A DNA stretch of 21,554 bases, taken from positions 1 to 21,554 of the forward strand of contig NW_021824010.1 in NCBI RefSeq assembly GCF_006345805.1, written 5' to 3'. The notes beneath the pieces were generated by a model. It saw only the letters and a program-made list of their open reading frames with translations. It had not been told where the DNA came from and did no database searches. Source of the DNA: Octopus sinensis. Its lineage: Eukaryota. Position 1 is the first letter of the stretch. Each line of letters starts with the position of its first letter. Positions 20,391 through 21,554 of the stretch are shown here, in pieces. A program made the position numbers and the translations under genes.

Positions 20391-20766
20391 ATATTCATCG
20401 TTTAACGTACGTTTTCCATGATAGCAAAGGTTAGACGTTTGACTGAGGTTTGGGAAGCCAGGAGGCAGCACCAGGCTCCAGTCTGATCTAGCAGTGTTTC
20501 TACAGCTGGATGCCCTTCCTAACGCCAACCACTCCGTAGTGTAGGGTGTACATATATATATATATAATATATATATATATATAATATATATATATATATA
20601 TCATCGTATCATCGTTTAACGTCCGTTTTCCATGCTAGCATGGGTTGGACGGTTCGACCAGGGTCTGGGATGCCAGAAGGCTGCACCAGGCCCCAGTCAG
20701 ATCTGGCAGTGTTCTACAGCTGGAAGCCCTTCCTAACGCCAACCACTCCGTGAGTGTAGGGGTGCT

Positions 20767-20801
<35 letters not shown>

Positions 20802-20965
20802 CATCATATCTTCGTTTAACGTCCGTTTTCCATGCTAGCATGGGTTGGACGGTTCGACCAGGGTCTGGAATGCCAGAAGGCTGCACAGGCCCCAGTCAGA
20901 TCTGGCAGTGTTTCTACAGCTGGAAGCCCTTCCTAACGCCAACCACTCCGTGAGTGTAGGGGTGC

Positions 20966-21024
<59 letters not shown>

Positions 21025-21189
21025 TCATATCATCGTTTAACGTCCGCTTTCCATGCTAGCGTGGGTTGGACGGTTCGACCGGGGATCTGGGATGCCAGAA
21101 GGCTGCACCAGGCCCCAGTCTGATCTGGCAGTGTTTCTACAGCTGGATGCCCTTCCTAACGCCAACCACTCCAAGAGTGTACTGAGTGC

Positions 21190-21226
<37 letters not shown>

Positions 21227-21380
21227 GTTTAACGTACGTTTTCCATGATAGCAAAGGTTAGACGGTTTGACTGGGGTCTGGGAAGCCAGAAGGCTGCACC
21301 AGGCCCCAGTCTGATCTGGCAGAGTTTCTACAGCTTGATGCCCTTCCTAACACCAACCACTCCGTGAGTGTAGTGGGTGC

Positions 21381-21445
<65 letters not shown>

Positions 21446-21554
21446 CATCATATCTTCGTTTAACGTCCGTTTTCCATGCTAGCATATGTTGGACGGTTAG
21501 ACCGGGGTCTGGGAAGCCAGAAGGCTGCACCAGGTTCCATTCTTATCTGGCAGT
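19531..21554 (-). repeat. Family C array: ten or more 155-160-bp retroposon-like 3' ends separated by (TA)n; runs off the window
   Basis: Unit starts (GTTTAACGTCC) at 19531, 19745, 19961, 20175, 20400, 20614, 20814, 21035, 21227 and 21458; complete units end at GTGCTAC or a close variant. On the minus strand each ends ...CGGACGTTAAAC(GAT)n, a short-repeat tail typical of LINE-mobilised elements. Retroposon origin and strand are inferred. Confidence 0.8.

Noticed and set aside
17032-21554. CRISPR-like appearance of regular repeats with spacers
   Set aside because: Units are 155-186 bp, spacers are (TA)n or absent, there are no cas genes, and the context is a eukaryotic intron.

Overview
Eukaryotic, repeat-saturated DNA, probably from Octopus or another coleoid cephalopod. 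That assignment is my recognition of the SINE/microsatellite style and has not been checked by search. The ORF track misses the host gene: five short minus-strand exons (19048-18916, 13243-13166, 10851-10761, 6376-6296, 3453-3355), all with GT-AG boundaries, encode the C-lobe and tail of a doublecortin-like kinase (DCLK family). The first exon is 1 nt short at the APE motif (possibly an assembly error) and has Val where vertebrate DCLKs have the activation-loop Thr. The introns hold a 5'-truncated Tx1/L1-type LINE (76-3090), a head-to-tail non-autonomous Helitron array (3488-5498), three tRNA-derived SINE families plus a fourth retroposon-like repeat (mostly in tandem or higher-order arrays, some inverted), and long (GATA)n, (CT)n, (TATG)n, (TA)n and (CAT)n tracts. 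There are no prokaryotic systems, CRISPR arrays or genuine tRNA genes. The most notable pattern is that several unrelated mobile elements have each become fixed-junction, satellite-like arrays inside one gene.
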